Part shown: piece after piece, positions 49,901 through 63,127 of the stretch
How the letters are laid out: every line of letters begins with the position of its first letter
How positions within the stretch are numbered: the first letter of the stretch is position 1
From: Squalus acanthias
Lineage: Eukaryota
DNA: 64,000 nt
Reading direction: 5' to 3'
Assembly: GCA_030390025.1 (NCBI GenBank)
Contig: CM059432.1
Location: forward strand, 83,144,001 to 83,208,000
Program-made: the position numbers and the translations under genes
The notes under the pieces: model-generated
Database searches by the model: none
What the model was told of the DNA's origin: nothing
What the model saw: the letters and a program-made list of their open reading frames with translations, nothing else

Positions 49901-50944
49901 AGAACAGGCTGGGTCTCTTTTCTCTTGAAAAGAGAAGGCTGAGGGGTGATCTAATAAAGGTCTTTAAATTTATGAAAGGTTTTTTTGTAGAGTAGAGCAA
50001 AACTAGAGGCCCTCAATCTAAGATAGTCACCAAGAAATCAAATAGCGAATTCAGAATAAACTTCTTCACCCAGAGAGTGGTGAGAATGTGGAACTCGCTA
50101 CAACAGGGAGTGGTTGAAGCAAATAGCATAGATGTATTTAAGGGGAGGCTAGCTAAGCACATGAGGGAGAAGGGAATAGAAGGTTATGCAGATAGAGTTA
50201 GATGAGGGAAGTTGGGAGGAGGCTCGAGTGGAGCATAAACACCAGCATGAATTGTTTGGGCCGAATGCCATTTCTCTGCTGTATATCTTATGTAATCCTA
50301 TGTCATCCAATTCAGCAAAGGGTGACGGAGGAGTTCTGAAGGATGAGTGGCACCAGCAGCCACAGGAAGCAATGGGAAAACAGCAAAGCAGAGATCTTTT
50401 AGTAGCAAGGGAGCAGAATCCAGAGCAGGAACGGAAATCAGCAGGAACAGATCAGAGGTAACAGTGTAGAGTGAAAAATTCCCAGCAAAGGAGGGGATAA
50501 CTGAGTCCGCAGAAATAGACCAGGTACCGGAATAGAGGCAGATAACAGAGAATACAGTCTCAGTAGAAAGCGGCGAAGGTGGAGGTCACAATAAAGCCCA
50601 GATGTCAGCAGAGAAATGGACTTCGGCCCAAGAGTAGATGGATTTCTGTTCAGGACTCAACACAGCAGCAGAGTAAAGCTGAGAAGCCAGGAGTGCATTG
50701 AAGTACAGTCCTGAAGTTCAGCAGGTAACAGCATTAGGTGGGGTGAGGGGGGTGGGCACTGTAGGCTGGAACAGGTTACCTTAAACTTGAAGCGATTGAA
50801 TGGCAGAACAGTCACAACAGCTGAGGCAAACAATGTAGTCCAGCAGAGTAGTGCAGTCCTGATGGCAGAGGAGTTCAGAAGTCCAAGAAAGCAAACATGA
50901 GCAGAGTTCCAGGTATTGAAAAGAACACAGAACAAACTGGGCCA

Positions 50945-51345
50945 GGAGATGTTAAACTGAGGCCCCGTCTGCCCTCTCAGGTGGACATAAACGATCCTAA
51001 GACACACAGGAGTTAGTCCCGGTGTCCTGGCCAATATTTATGCCTCAACCAACATCACTAAAACAGAAAATCTGGTTATTATTTCATTGCTGTTTGTGGG
51101 ACTTTGCTGTGTGCAAATTGGCTACCATGCTTCCCTACATTGTAACCGAGACTACACTTCAAAAGTACTTAACAGAAAACGCTGGAAAAACTCAGCAGGC
51201 CAGGCAGCATCCGTGGAGAGAGAAAGAGAGTTAACGTTTTAGGTCGAAGACCTTACGTCAGAACTTCAAAAGTACTTCATTGGTTGTAAAGCACTTTGGG
51301 ACATTCTGAGTTGGTGAAAGGCGCTATATAAATGCAAGTCTTTCT
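50945..51345 (+). mobile_element. Deu-type SINE body and L2-like tail, interrupted at 51171-51262
   Basis: gagatgttaaactgaggccccgtctgccctctcaggtgga body; tail gtgaaaggcgctatataaatgcaagt. Confidence 0.75.
51171..51262 (-). mobile_element. 92-bp Penelope-like insertion with degenerate hammerhead
   Basis: 15-bp TSD ACTTCAAAAGTACTT (51156-70 and 51263-77); homologous to 52589-52724; core mutated to CUGACGU/AAAA. Confidence 0.8.
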
Positions 51346-51534
51346 TTTATTTTTTTTGAGGCCTATAAAACAGAAGATAGGTCATAATGTTAGCACCAAG
51401 AAGTACCTTCAAACAATGCTTGCATAACAATATACTGTGTGTGATATTTTCATGGTTGATTTTATGTCTGTATCAGTGAGAAGGAGACAAGAGCAGGACG
51501 GGACTAGCTCTGAGTTTGGATGGGCCTTAGGCTT

Positions 51535-52230
51535 CACCCTCCTCCTATTCCTTTGATATTCTTGTGCCCAATCATGTCCAGGGTAGCCTTCTCAAATAAA
51601 GTCAAGGATTTGTGGTGTCCGTGACCTCCTCCAGTTCTGGTCTGTCCCTTGCTATTATGTGACATCTTGTCCTGCAAGCAGAGGTTTCTGATTTTGCAAG
51701 TTTTGAGAGTGCACAGTGACGTACACGTGTCACCTTGCAGACCATCTTGTCTGACAGTAAATGAACACACATCCTGCAGCTAGGTAGTTTTACAAGGATT
51801 TCCTACATCAAACCCCTTCATGTTTTAGGCCGTCAACATTGCTAGTTCTAGGTTGCTGATTTTATTTGTGCCACGCATAGAAAGCATTCAGTAGGCTGTT
51901 CATCTTCTGGCAGGATCGCACAGGATAAGCTGGTATGAAGGGTTAGGATAAGGCAGCACTAAATGACTTGCAGATTAGAACAGTATACTTTTATACTTTG
52001 TGCCATTCATAGTTGGAGCATATACCTGGCAAACAAAGCTTTCATCAGATCTGCGGTCTTCTTCCTGATCTGCATCCAGGGCCTTTGGGTTGTGCAGACA
52101 GCACTGACCCTTTCTGCTGCTTTTGAGAAAGATGCCCTGCCTCATATAAATAATGTGGAGCTGTCCTTTCCCACACTTCTTGTATCAGCAGCTCCAGCGC
52201 TGCCTCATCAAAGCAAGAAGCTGCCATCTT
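51535..52230 (-). pseudogene. Decayed Harbinger Myb/SANT gene exons 1-2
   Basis: FDEAALELLIQEV and QDKMSHN..RTGGG..LTLFE motifs match the other Myb genes in the window. Confidence 0.7.
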
Positions 52231-52588
52231 ACAATATTAAAACTTAACCCCTGCTTTGCTGTGGCCTGCACAAAGGCAGCAGTTTAAATGGCTGTCGAAG
52301 CTGCTGAAATACTGCACAGCTGCTTAATATCACAGAGCAGGTGTTCCATTAGCAGCCTGCTGTGTGGGCAGGAGCAGCACAATTTAACCAATTTGATTGA
52401 AAAACCAGCAGTATTGGGATGGGGGAGTTAACTAGTAGTAGGCTAGCATTCTGCAGTAATGCTCCTAATTCACACAGCTATAGAGTTTTCCAGACTTAAA
52501 GAGGGAATGCGCATTAAATGGAACAGTGGCCTGATTAGAATAAAGAACAAAATGGTTTCACTTTTAGAAACCAGACTGTTAATCTTGA

Positions 52589-52724
52589 ATAACAACAGAA
52601 AACGCTAGAAAAACTCAGCAGGCGAGGCAGCATCCGTGGAGAAACAGTTAACGTTTCAGGTCGATGACCTTTCATCAGAACTGGAGACAGCAGGAAATCA
52701 AATAGATTTAAGGCAAGGATAAAG
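52589..52724 (-). mobile_element. 136-bp Penelope-like insertion
   Basis: 13-bp TSD CTGTTAATCTTGA (52576-88 and 52725-37); contains an intact hammerhead motif. Confidence 0.82.
52645..52683 (-). ncRNA. Minimal type I hammerhead ribozyme motif
   Basis: CAGUU-CUGAUGA-A-AGGUC-AUC-GACCU-GAAA-CG-UU-AACUG: perfect core, 5-bp stems I and II, palindromic stem III AACGUU. Confidence 0.8.
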
Positions 52725-52895
52725 CTGTTAATCTTGACATCTTTTTATTTTAACAGCAAGGGTGAGTTCATTCAGTTCAATTTCATTACCACCAAACACC
52801 TGGTCAATGAAGATTCACCTGTACTACTCTTGACTTACACATTTTATATGGCTTAACAGCCACTTATCTATCTAGTCAAGTATAATCCAAAGACA

Positions 52896-53652
52896 GGCTG
52901 TAATTTGTGGTCAGCGGCATTCGCCATTGGCCCCGAAGTAAGCTTCACAAAGATCTCGTGATCTCTGTGGCGAAGAATTTGGCTTTTCCGACGTGCAGTT
53001 GAAATCAGCGTAGTTTAGTGGGAATCCCCTAGTGCGAGCTGCTGTGACGTCAACAAGCTGTCTAAGCAGTCAATCACATTGCAGAATTCTCACAGATAGG
53101 GAACCAGGAAATAGAAAGCACAAATAATCAATCATTTTAAAAAAATTACAGAGAGCAAAATAAAGATTGGGACATACACATTGGGTTAAGGTAGAAGCTG
53201 AAACATCATGGACAAACATTAATTTTTAAAATCTAATAATTTTTAACTTAATGGAGAATTTGACATTCTGCTAATATAAAATTAGTTTTTCAGGACCAGA
53301 ACTGTTGTTTATCAGTAGTTAATACTTAGATCGCCGTTAAAATCTCAGTTACACTTCATTTGAATGGGTCTAACTTTTTATGGGGTTTCTAACAGCGATA
53401 TTTGTTTGGAAAAGGGGAATTTTTCGTCAGATCAGTGATTTCACTAACTGGCAGCTCGGTGTGGGAGGAGGGGGGGGGGGGGGGTGTGTCCACAGTGCAG
53501 CCTGTGGAGGAGCAGTGAATGACAGACCGTAACTTCAGGATTTCCACGTTAGGCTGCCCATGCACTAAATCCTGAAGTTGCGGTCAGTTTCAAAGGCGAA
53601 ATGACGGCGGACGCTGCCAGTTCACCGTCATCAGGACCGCAAGTTCCGGGCC
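52896..53652. mobile_element. Probable MITE with GGCCC-type terminus (left end at 52896 or 52929)
   Basis: Right end gaccgcaagttccgggcc; left candidates ggctgtaatttgtggtc or ATT-ggccccgaagt (giving an ATT TSD); architecture like 23443-24174. Confidence 0.5.
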
Positions 53653-53980
53653 ATTAATCCAGTGGAAAACTGTAAGAAATTCGGCACAGCAGTGAATTTA
53701 TACAAACCAATTGACTGGATTTTGAAAGAATTATTTATAGATTTATAGAGATTAGAATATTTGCTCTTAGGTGTGTAATCAAAGCTGAATTTATAAATCA
53801 AAAATAAAGATTAAACTGCAATTCAAGCTTTAAAAATTGTATGTGTTGCCCTCTTGTGTGTAGATTTAATTGAAAATAGTATTTAAATTAACTTTCTGGT
53901 TAGTTTTGGCATTCTTCGTGCTCAACGATTTATTTACTGACCAAATCTTCAATTTGAATTTGCTTTATGGAATGTTTGTT

Positions 53981-53996
53981 GCTGCCATCTAGTGGT
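53981..53996 (-). promoter_or_regulatory. CTCF core motif
   Basis: ACCACTAGATGGCAGC on the minus strand closely matches the CTCF consensus, in non-repetitive sequence. Confidence 0.6.
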
Positions 53997-56900
53997 GATT
54001 TTGGTAATGTCCAAATCAGTGGTAATTTAAGAAGCCTGACAAGATGAGCTAGTTGTTACTTGAAGCAAGCAGCAATGATTTCATAAACCTTGCTGGCGAC
54101 TCCGTTGAAAAACGGCCAGATAGTTACCCTGTCATTCAGCAGAATAGAATGTTCGGAGATTACATGGGGTGAGTAACAGGATTTCAAACTAGATCCCTTA
54201 TGCTACTGCAGATGGAGGTTGTGAGGGTCAATTTCACTGTCTGCTTCCAGTCTTCCCATTAGTGGGTGGTCTAGTTCTCACTCTCAGGCAGTGATCTCCC
54301 CAGCAGAGACATCTCATCCTGCCACTCCATTCAATACTCTCCAAAACCAGAAAACACAGAAAACCTACTTACCAGTTTACTTCTGTGATTATATTCACAA
54401 ACAAAATCTCAATTTCACAAATCTTCCATTTATGGACTTTTTGATCAGTTACAAGCACTTGATAGGGATTGTCTAAACACTCACAGAACTGCCATGAATA
54501 AGATGAATTGATTTCAAGAGAACTCATTTGTTCAGTAATATTATGATTTGCATATTTAGATTTTGAGATACTGTATTCATTTTTCACTTAGTTTAATAGT
54601 AAAGAAAGTCCTGATGTTTTTAGAAATAAGTCTTCGGGTTCAAGTCTCAGTTTCAAACTAAAATATAAGAATGTTAAGCACTGCAATTATATAGATATAC
54701 TCTCAGAACTGTAAAATAATGCACAGATTAATGTTTTGGGGAATTAACAGTGAACTCCTTTTGATTAATTTAAAACAAGGTGTAGTTTTACTCGACACAA
54801 TAATCCCATTACTTGGGAAACAATGGATTGTCAAGGAATCACTGTGCAACAGAATTATAAATCATATGAAATAAAAAAAACTACAATGCTTCTCTAAAAA
54901 CTGACTATGACACATCCAGCACAGTATTTGGTATTTTCTGGTTCTACAACAGATAGCACAGCCAATGACTGAACGGTAATAATGCTCTGCAACTAATGAT
55001 GATACAAATACATTAGACAGATGTGGAGGCACACCAAAACAAATACTGATAGGGGAGACCAGCCACAAAATTAAATTTCATAAAAGTTCTTAATACAATT
55101 GACTTTTAAGTGAATTCCCATATTACATATATTAACCAACCAAATTTAACTAGAAAATTAAAAAAAGACAAGAATGTTCTTATTTTCATCTTGTGAAAGA
55201 TAAGCAATGAAGAAATAAGATATGCTCTCACTGTTAACTAGCAACTGCAGAATGAAGAGATCCAGTCTTGAAAACGCAAAGCAGCAATGCTCTCAGCTGG
55301 ATCTGCAGTAGAGAAGGTACAGCTGAGCTCAGTATATCTGGATGACAGAGATCATCAGCCAGCCAGGGTTGCTGCTTCGGATTGCTACCCAGTGATCTCT
55401 ACTGGAAAACATACAGGTGTGAAAGTAGGGCAGGATCAGGCTTAGCTCTGATGACCTCCGTGACCAGATAACCTGCAATTACTCACCATCTTGGCTCACA
55501 TAGAAAGGTCACATGTGAGTTATTGGGGGTGGGGGGCTGGTGCTTGTGGAACCGTACTTCAACATCTGCCAGCTTCTTCAAGAGGGCAGAAACTTTCTAG
55601 CCTGAAGCCACCGACTGGAAGCACCCCAGTTCCTGGCCCAAGTGGCCATTCTTCTTGTATGAGCAGAGACAGAATATTGGCAGGCTATTCAAATCATAGA
55701 GTACATAACAGTAAAGCCCAAATCTGTCTCGCACACATTTTCCAACGATACATGACTCACTGCCTTAATTGTGACTGGACCATTTTCAGTGACTATCATC
55801 TAATTACCTGGTGCATTGATCCCAGAAGTTTGTTTGAGTACCTTTTTTTCAGCAGGTCAGAAAAGTGCATCATGAGCACTTGCCCCAGAATCTAGGCAAA
55901 TTCAGGTTGCCGTTTGTTGCTAATCCAGAGGATTTGTCTGTATTGCCGCAGTATCAGAACTACTACTTACAATTGGTTTAAAGTTCGTCAGGTTTCAGTT
56001 GGAAAAAAATTGAAGTGAGGTCAGGACCAAACCACAAATAGCCTTTTCCAAAAAGACCCCCCACCACACACTGCAGCCAGCCAGAGGTTTTGTATGTTAC
56101 TTTCAGAACCTGTTTTTGTAATTGAAATTAAAAGAATCAGATTCACATTCACAAATAGTACCGGTTTAAAATCCGTCAGGAGGAGGAGTAAGAGAGAATG
56201 AAGGGGTAAAGGAGAAATAAATATAGCACTCTGATGTGAACTCCAAGGGTCACATCTCTAAACTAGCTGTGGATGTAGGGCTACAAGGACCAGGATCAAG
56301 TTGATGGTGTAAACATAATGAAGTGTAAATGTGATGAGTTAGCGGTGGCAAGATTTCTTTATCTCAGGATGGTCATTTACGCATCTGCCATCTCCACCCC
56401 ACATTCATAGGAACTACACACAAAGATATCACCATGTATAGAATATTTAATATCGGAATCCTTTCAGAAAAATCTAAATATCTAGCTGAGAATGGGATTG
56501 GAGGTTATGGAGATAAGCGTACACAGAGATAATCAAATACTCCAGGGACACAATAGTTTCCGTGCTGATGATGATTGTTTCATCTGTGGAGGGCAGTAAT
56601 TATAGTGAAAATAGATAATGTGGAATTTCACTCTACTGCCTTTGGGAATCAGGGTGGATTCTTCCATGACTTTCTCTCAGGGATTAAATAGCAGGGAATA
56701 GCCCGTGACGGTAAGTTCTGATGGAAGTGTACACATCTGAAATGTCATAACCTGTCCTTTCTCTTTCCAGATTATAGGGTAGATTCTACATGATTAATGG
56801 AGGGAGTGAAGTTGATGAACCAAATTATTTTTTCTCATTCCCCGATTTCTTATGTAAATCAGATAGAAGATACTAAATGGCCAGGAGCAAGTAATCTAAT

Positions 56901-57789
56901 CAAGGGTATCAGTGCTTTGTGTCATTGATGCATCACCAAATTATTTACAATTGTAACATTACTTCAAGTCCTTTTTTTCTCCCCGTTTCCCTCAGCTCTA
57001 ACTCCCTCAGTGGGGTCCAACTCCACGGACAGTGAGCTTGAGGGTTCCCTTGACAACACTCCACAGCAGGGTGATTGAAATAAGAATCCACTGCACATTG
57101 GTCATTATAACTCTCAGGTCATATTACACAATATAGTTTGACTATTTACTTTTTCTGCGGTTGTATAATTAAGAGGATTTTAAGAAATCTAATAAATGAT
57201 TAGATGTGCCTATGCTGCATGAAATAAACAAATTCAGTCACAAAGTAGGATGGACAGTTTTACTTCACATTTACTCTGCAATTAATGCAGTTACAGTAAT
57301 CCAGGCTGCTCTTATAACTGAAATTACAATTCTTAGACAATGCATTAAAAATAAAACCATCTCTCCTATATTGTGATCAGAAACTTGATCTCTTTAGCTC
57401 GGTAAGACACATTGCATCTTAATGTAGTACTCAACAACAGATGCTAGTCGAGAAAAAGGTCACTTGTGTCCAGCGATTTTGACAGTGTCTAAGATAATAA
57501 TCTGTATCAAGCAAACTTGAAGTTAGGTTAAAGAAATAATCCCTAGATATTCCATTCAAAAATACAGCCCTGGACTTATTATTTACAAGTATATTTTGGC
57601 AAAAAGATGAACTTGTGTGCTCACTGATGTGAGGGAGGGTAGCACTTGTGAAGAAAATATTTCTCCACTTTGAGCAACAATCAGTCCCAGGTCAGGTTTA
57701 ACACAGTAAGGTACAATATAAAGCTGCCTCTATTCTGTTGCTAATCTTGACAATGTGCCTTAGTCCCAACCTCAAAAGAGAATTCCACA

Positions 57790-57995
57790 CTCCCAACCCA
57801 CCTTGTGGCCACTCAAGACTGTCCATTTAATGTCAAATTATGGTCAGTTTTGTGCTTTGGGTCATTAAATGGGTTAAGAATACCTAAACTCACATCACAT
57901 AGGAAACCACAGCCAGAAAGAGACCTTCAGCTCATTAGTCTGGGCTCAATTCAGAGGTGAAGAGATTAACCCCCACTGTGCCACCCAGTCCCAGT
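57790..57995 (-). mobile_element. Ancient SINE remnant (LF-SINE-like)
   Basis: Minus strand gggactgggtggcacagtgg...ctttcacctctg...cctatgtgatgtgagtt resembles the LF-SINE head as I recall it. Confidence 0.4.
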
Positions 57996-58544
57996 GACCT
58001 CTGCATCAGAGAGTGATCATCTTCCACCTGGTCCAGGCTGCATCTGCAGATTATCCTCGATTTCTAGCCCCTTGCCCCTCACGCACACGGAAGTTATATC
58101 CAAACTATATACAGGACTGTATTTTCAAACTCTCCAGGAAAAGGTTATTGAAGTGCTTCATCCAGGAGCATTCCTTAATTTACAAAAAGAAAATGCATTG
58201 TCACAAGGCTCCACCAATAGTTAGCAATCTAGGAATGTCTTTAAGCTTAATGGTAACAAAGATCTTTATATATGAAATTCTCATTTATATTCAAATTATT
58301 TTATAAAATTAATAAAATTCTTTTGAAATCAGCAATTCCCTATGTAAAGAATGTTGTGCAATAAAGGTCCCCTTAATAATAGTCACGTGATTATCTATTA
58401 CATCTGCAGTACTGCCATACTAAGGCCTAGCATAAGTTTTATAAAACTGCTATTAAAATTTGGCAGTCTTTTGGGGTCTTTCATTAGAGTAAAAAAATAA
58501 AAAGAATATTTCTCCTCTTTGAAGTTCTACTGCAATTTCTTTGT

Positions 58545-60028
58545 TGCTTTCTTAAAAAAAAAAACTTTATTGCAGTGGTCTCTTTACAGACTGCCCCTGT
58601 TCAAAATTAACCTGAGAACACAGAGTTTGGCTTTGAAGTTATAAAACTGACTGAAAATAGACAAGTAGATTAGTGGAGAAGAATATTGCAGTTCTAATCA
58701 CGACAAATTAAGGCATAGAGAATTAATTTGATATTAGCAGCCAATCTGTCATATGAACTTGCATTTATTTTAATCCAATAGCCTGAAAAACCTATTTAGC
58801 TTTCAAAATACACATATCTCTTCTTTGATATCACTTTCAAAATCATTTCCCATAAGTACCAGTACCAACTATGAACAATAATTAGAGACTTGTACAGAAT
58901 TACAGATTATTTCTCAATTTACAGCATTTAAAATTGGAATTTTGGTGCTGAGTTGTTAACTTAAAATACTCAAGTGACTAGTAATATAATCAAGCCTGTG
59001 ATAGGGAAAATAACATTTCCTTCAGGCTGCAATGGATTCCAAAATATAAAATGAAAAGATGCTAGCCACATAACTCAACACACGCGATAGGTGAAAACAA
59101 GCACGATGTTAGAAAGCATTTTATTTTTCATATGGGGTCACTGCCTGAATTCCATTTCTGCAGCCCATCGCTGTTTAACACGATGCTTGCAAAATTGTTC
59201 TTACCAATTTAGTGGCACATGGCACCTGTTACCTACTGCCAGAACAGTTGCTGGCAATGTTAAAAGTACTCTACTAAGGGGAAGTAAGGATGATTCTGTG
59301 ATCCAGCACTCCTTGGGGGCAGATCTTGACAAATTAGGGGCTGAGCGCCTGCAGATGTGCCCCCTGCAAATACTGCTCCCCACAGGGAAAGCCGGATCGC
59401 TGAATCACCTATGTAAAGTCTAGGCTGAGTACGTTTTCTGTCCGAGTATGTCTGAGCAGAAGTTTGTTTTGCCACTTTAGCACAAACGACAAGGATCTCT
59501 GTGTCAGTAAGAAACTTAAGTGCAGTCCTCTACACTCCTAGACATCACACTCTGTCCTGAAGTGGTTCCATTAAAAAAAATCAGGGGAGTGTGGTTCCCT
59601 GATGAGTTTATGAGTCACAATAGAGCTTTTCTGGCCCTGGGAAACATCACTAGAGGTTAGGAAACCTGAACCCTAGCTATAGCGTGGTTTGTCAAGGCTG
59701 GCAGTTCTGGATCAATTTGAAGTTGCCCTCCCCTCCATATTTCCTATGGAGCTGCTCTGGGAGGCAGAATTTTACTAAAACATCAAAAAAAAAATCTGCT
59801 CAAACTACTATTTTCTTTTATAAAATGGAGGAATTATTTGAATAAAGAGTACCCCCCCAACAAGCTTTTCTTTCCCTTTAGCTTTATTTGCTTTTGAATG
59901 CACACCGTTCACAAGTACTTAGAAGTAAATGTTGCTTGCTGCTGGAAGTTCAGTAATGTTTATGGGGAAATTGTCAAAGAAAAATCAAATCATGAAATTG
60001 GCAATTTGTGTACTGATGTAATCAACTT
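58545..60028 (-). other. TRAM1: TRAM1 3' UTR (end approximate)
   Basis: Repeat-free AT-rich sequence after the stop; minus-strand AATAAA candidates at ~59120, ~58765 and 58566-71. Confidence 0.55.
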
Positions 60029-60102
60029 TCAAGAAGATTTGACTTTTCTTGAACGTGGAGAGTCTCTATCTTCAGAAGTGACGGTCCCATTTACTCCATT
60101 AG
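60029..60102 (-). CDS. TRAM1: TRAM1 last coding exon (ANGVNGTVTSEDRDSPRSRKVKSS*)
   Basis: Acceptor ctgtcttgcag|, phase 1 fits the previous exon; resembles the TRAM1 C-terminus NGVNGT...DSPR..K.KSS; KxKxx ER-retrieval signal. Confidence 0.92.
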
Positions 60103-60925
60103 CTGCAAGACAGAAAGACCAGTTACTGTTATTTCTTTCCTGTGGAGACCTGGGACTGAAATATGATATTTACAATTTCGATTAATTAGAGTGTGGACTG
60201 CAACCAGTCTGTACAATGGGGAATACAGACAGAAATTGTACCCAGTATAAAGCAGAGGAAGTGGTAATAAAGTACAGGCTAAATCATACAGGGCAGAACT
60301 TTCAACTTCAGCAGGGACATAAACTGGCAGTATCAGGTGAAGTCAATGTAAAAGAAAAGTGGGCAGGGTGTAGAACGGGCGGCCGATTGGATAGCGCTAG
60401 CTTGCGTCCCCAACCGAGGTTCCGCACAGACTATTTTGGTTCAAAGAAGAAACTATAACATGCAAGGGGGAAAAAATGTGATCTTAGAATACATTTCAGA
60501 CATAGCACAGTATTATTCTCAATAAGGTTGCAGCCAGAGTCAAAAACCATTTCTTCATGTGGGTGAAAATGCAGTTGCTCTTCTAGAAGCACCTATAGAG
60601 GAAGAGCCTAAAGAGAAGTTAGGGCAGGCTAGAGGCTAAAAAGATTCAGAAATGGTACAAATCTGAAATGAAAACAGAAAATGCCGGAAATTTGCAGATC
60701 AGTCAGCACCTGTAAAGAGAAATAATAGATTAAATAAAGAGTTCAACCTTTATTTTCCCTTCCCCGTGTCAATTTACAGCACTTTCTGTTTTCACCTCAG
60801 TGAGAGACCACTGTAACATGCCAGAGAAAACGATATTCAACAGGTTGAACATTACTAAATGATTTGCATTACCACAGTATGGTATCAAATGCCATTTTTG
60901 TATTGTTTTAAATGAATAAACTAAC

Positions 60926-61086
60926 CTTTGTTTTCTCCTTTTTTAGCTGCTTTGCTCTTTGTATTGGTAGCTTTCTTTTTCAGAGCCTGAATTTGTGCAT
61001 GCTCTTTCCATCTCTTAAGCTGGAAATGAATGAACTTCCACATCATATACGCTTGCGTTAGGCAAATGGCAGCCAGGGCACTTATT
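60926..61086 (-). CDS. TRAM1: TRAM1 penultimate coding exon, translocating chain-associated membrane protein 1
   Basis: ISALAAICLTQAYMMWKFIHFQLKRWKEH resembles TRAM1 [29 protein letters not shown]; ttccag| acceptor and G|GTTAG donor; 161 bp. Confidence 0.95.
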
Positions 61087-63127
61087 CTGGAATTAATAAT
61101 AGAATTATATATGTGGTTAAATTTCTTCAGCTTCAATTTTATTAGCTATATTATATATATATATATTTATTTTGTTTATTAAAAACAAAAGTCTGTCTTA
61201 TTATGGACATGTCATGATATGCCTTAGTATATTAATTTATACAATCTGCGACTAAAAGTTTTAAAACAATTCTCCAATTTTCTTCCCTCCTGCCCATAAA
61301 AAGCGTTGTTCCTGCTGGAGTACAGTTCAACAGGCAGGCCTCCTTCATGTCTGAGCCCCTATAGTGAGCCTATTCCACTGCAGAAGGCATCACAGTTGAG
61401 TTCGACCCTGCTCTCACATGGTATATACACATACTCCCCAGCAATGATCACTGGATAACAGCCAGGAGCAGGAACTCTGGCTTATTTTTCCTTTCCATAG
61501 TCCATAGCACCAAGGTCAATTATAGCTCCCCAATTGCTGCTCAGCTAACTTGGTACAGATCGAGGATTGTACCTGGGACTTCTTGGCTTAGTACTATACC
61601 ACTTGGTACCTTTACCAATGGGCCATTGAGGGATGCGTAATTGAAAATAGTTCTAAACCAATATAAAACCAGACAGGTAGTTTGGTGGCATTCTCTGTTG
61701 GGAAGCAGGCTTATACTCTTGATTCCTCAAAATTGTAAAGAGGGCACAACTCAGCAGGTAGAATGGCAAAAAAGCCCATTAATAAGGAATTGGTACAGAT
61801 GATGAAGAGGAGGAAAATAGAAAAATTAACAGTGTTTCAGTTCCTACCCACCCCCATCCAACCTCACAAAGGCAGTGACAGCCGCTATCTGAGCTCCTAT
61901 TTTGAGAGACTGGCAAAATCGATGCCGGGAATGGCTGGTTGAACGACCCGAGCTAGCCCACAGGGCATTGAGGGGGCTGTGCCCAATTTTGCAGGATTAG
62001 CTCATTTTAAAATAATTAGTATGTGCTCCTAGCACAGCTTTGGCCTTGCACTGACAGCTAACTTAAATGGAGAAATTCCAAAACTCAGCCAGCAGCTCAA
62101 ATTTAAGGGAATGTGCATACTTAAGGTAAATGTTGTTTCAGCCTTTGTAAAGATTTAAAATGGATTTGAAATATTTGTCACCCTTTGCCAAGGCTCGGGA
62201 GTGGGCGAGAGGAAGTGGTGCCAGGCAGAAATGAAGTGACAGAAATTCCTCTCGAAGCATAAAACTGAGTCTATTGTTAAGTGACCACGCGGGCAACATT
62301 CTTACTGGTTTGATAGCTAGCAAAGTGGATGTGCTGCATGAGGTGGGTGTGAGGGGCCCTACCCTGTTTGGCACTTCAGGGCACCCTCCCAGAGAACATC
62401 AGTGGATATCGTCGGTCAGATGGCAGCCAGACTCAACGGTGTGTACTATACATGGGTCAGCAATACAGCAACCTGTACTCCCAGAAACCCCAGCACTCAG
62501 CAAATGTTCTGTGCCATCAAGCTGATGCCTCTTTTCCAGAGGGAAAGTGATGAATGTGTTGTCTCTTGAAAACAAGGCTTCCATCACTTGCTTGATGCAT
62601 CTGGGAGAATGACTGACTGATTTAGTGCAAGTCACTGGAGATAGCTTGGAAGGATCCGGTGCCATGGAAATGTAATTCACGCTCACAAGAGCTGTTTCTA
62701 AGGTGTAAGTTGTCTGCAGGTAGCTTCCAAGAGGCAGCATAACTATATGGCAGCACTCATATCAAGTAAAGGCACCAAAAATAGGTCTCTTCTGTCTAGG
62801 CCAGTAAATGCAGGTATTGGACTAAGGACAGGTGTATACATAAGTACTATCACAACATTTATTGTGCTCACCACGGAATTACTGTTTATCGAAGATTTTC
62901 TGTAAATGTTTCTCCCTGCCTCTCCAAGAGGTATTGACACTGGCTATGATATAGTTACACAGTCATAGGCAGCCATCCAGTACCTTGTGCAACTAGTGGT
63001 TCTTCATGTGTATGCCTAAAAGAGAGTGTTGGTTGGCTATTTATGCACAGAGGACATTAGAACACAAGCCGGATTCTGTTCTCATCCAGCAGTCACACTT
63101 GCATTTTGCAGCAGGGGCCACTGGATA

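Larger units (their letters stand above)
42018..50302 (+). mobile_element. CR1 LINE fragment split by an inverted CR1 at 42891-49083
   Basis: QHGFQKGK(S) ends at 42890 and CLTN..EFFEE resumes at ~49097; 3' tail near 50300. Confidence 0.85.

Noticed and set aside
62270..62530. Another Harbinger Myb remnant (VDVLHEV..TLFG)
   Set aside because: Similarity is too weak and I found no TIRs
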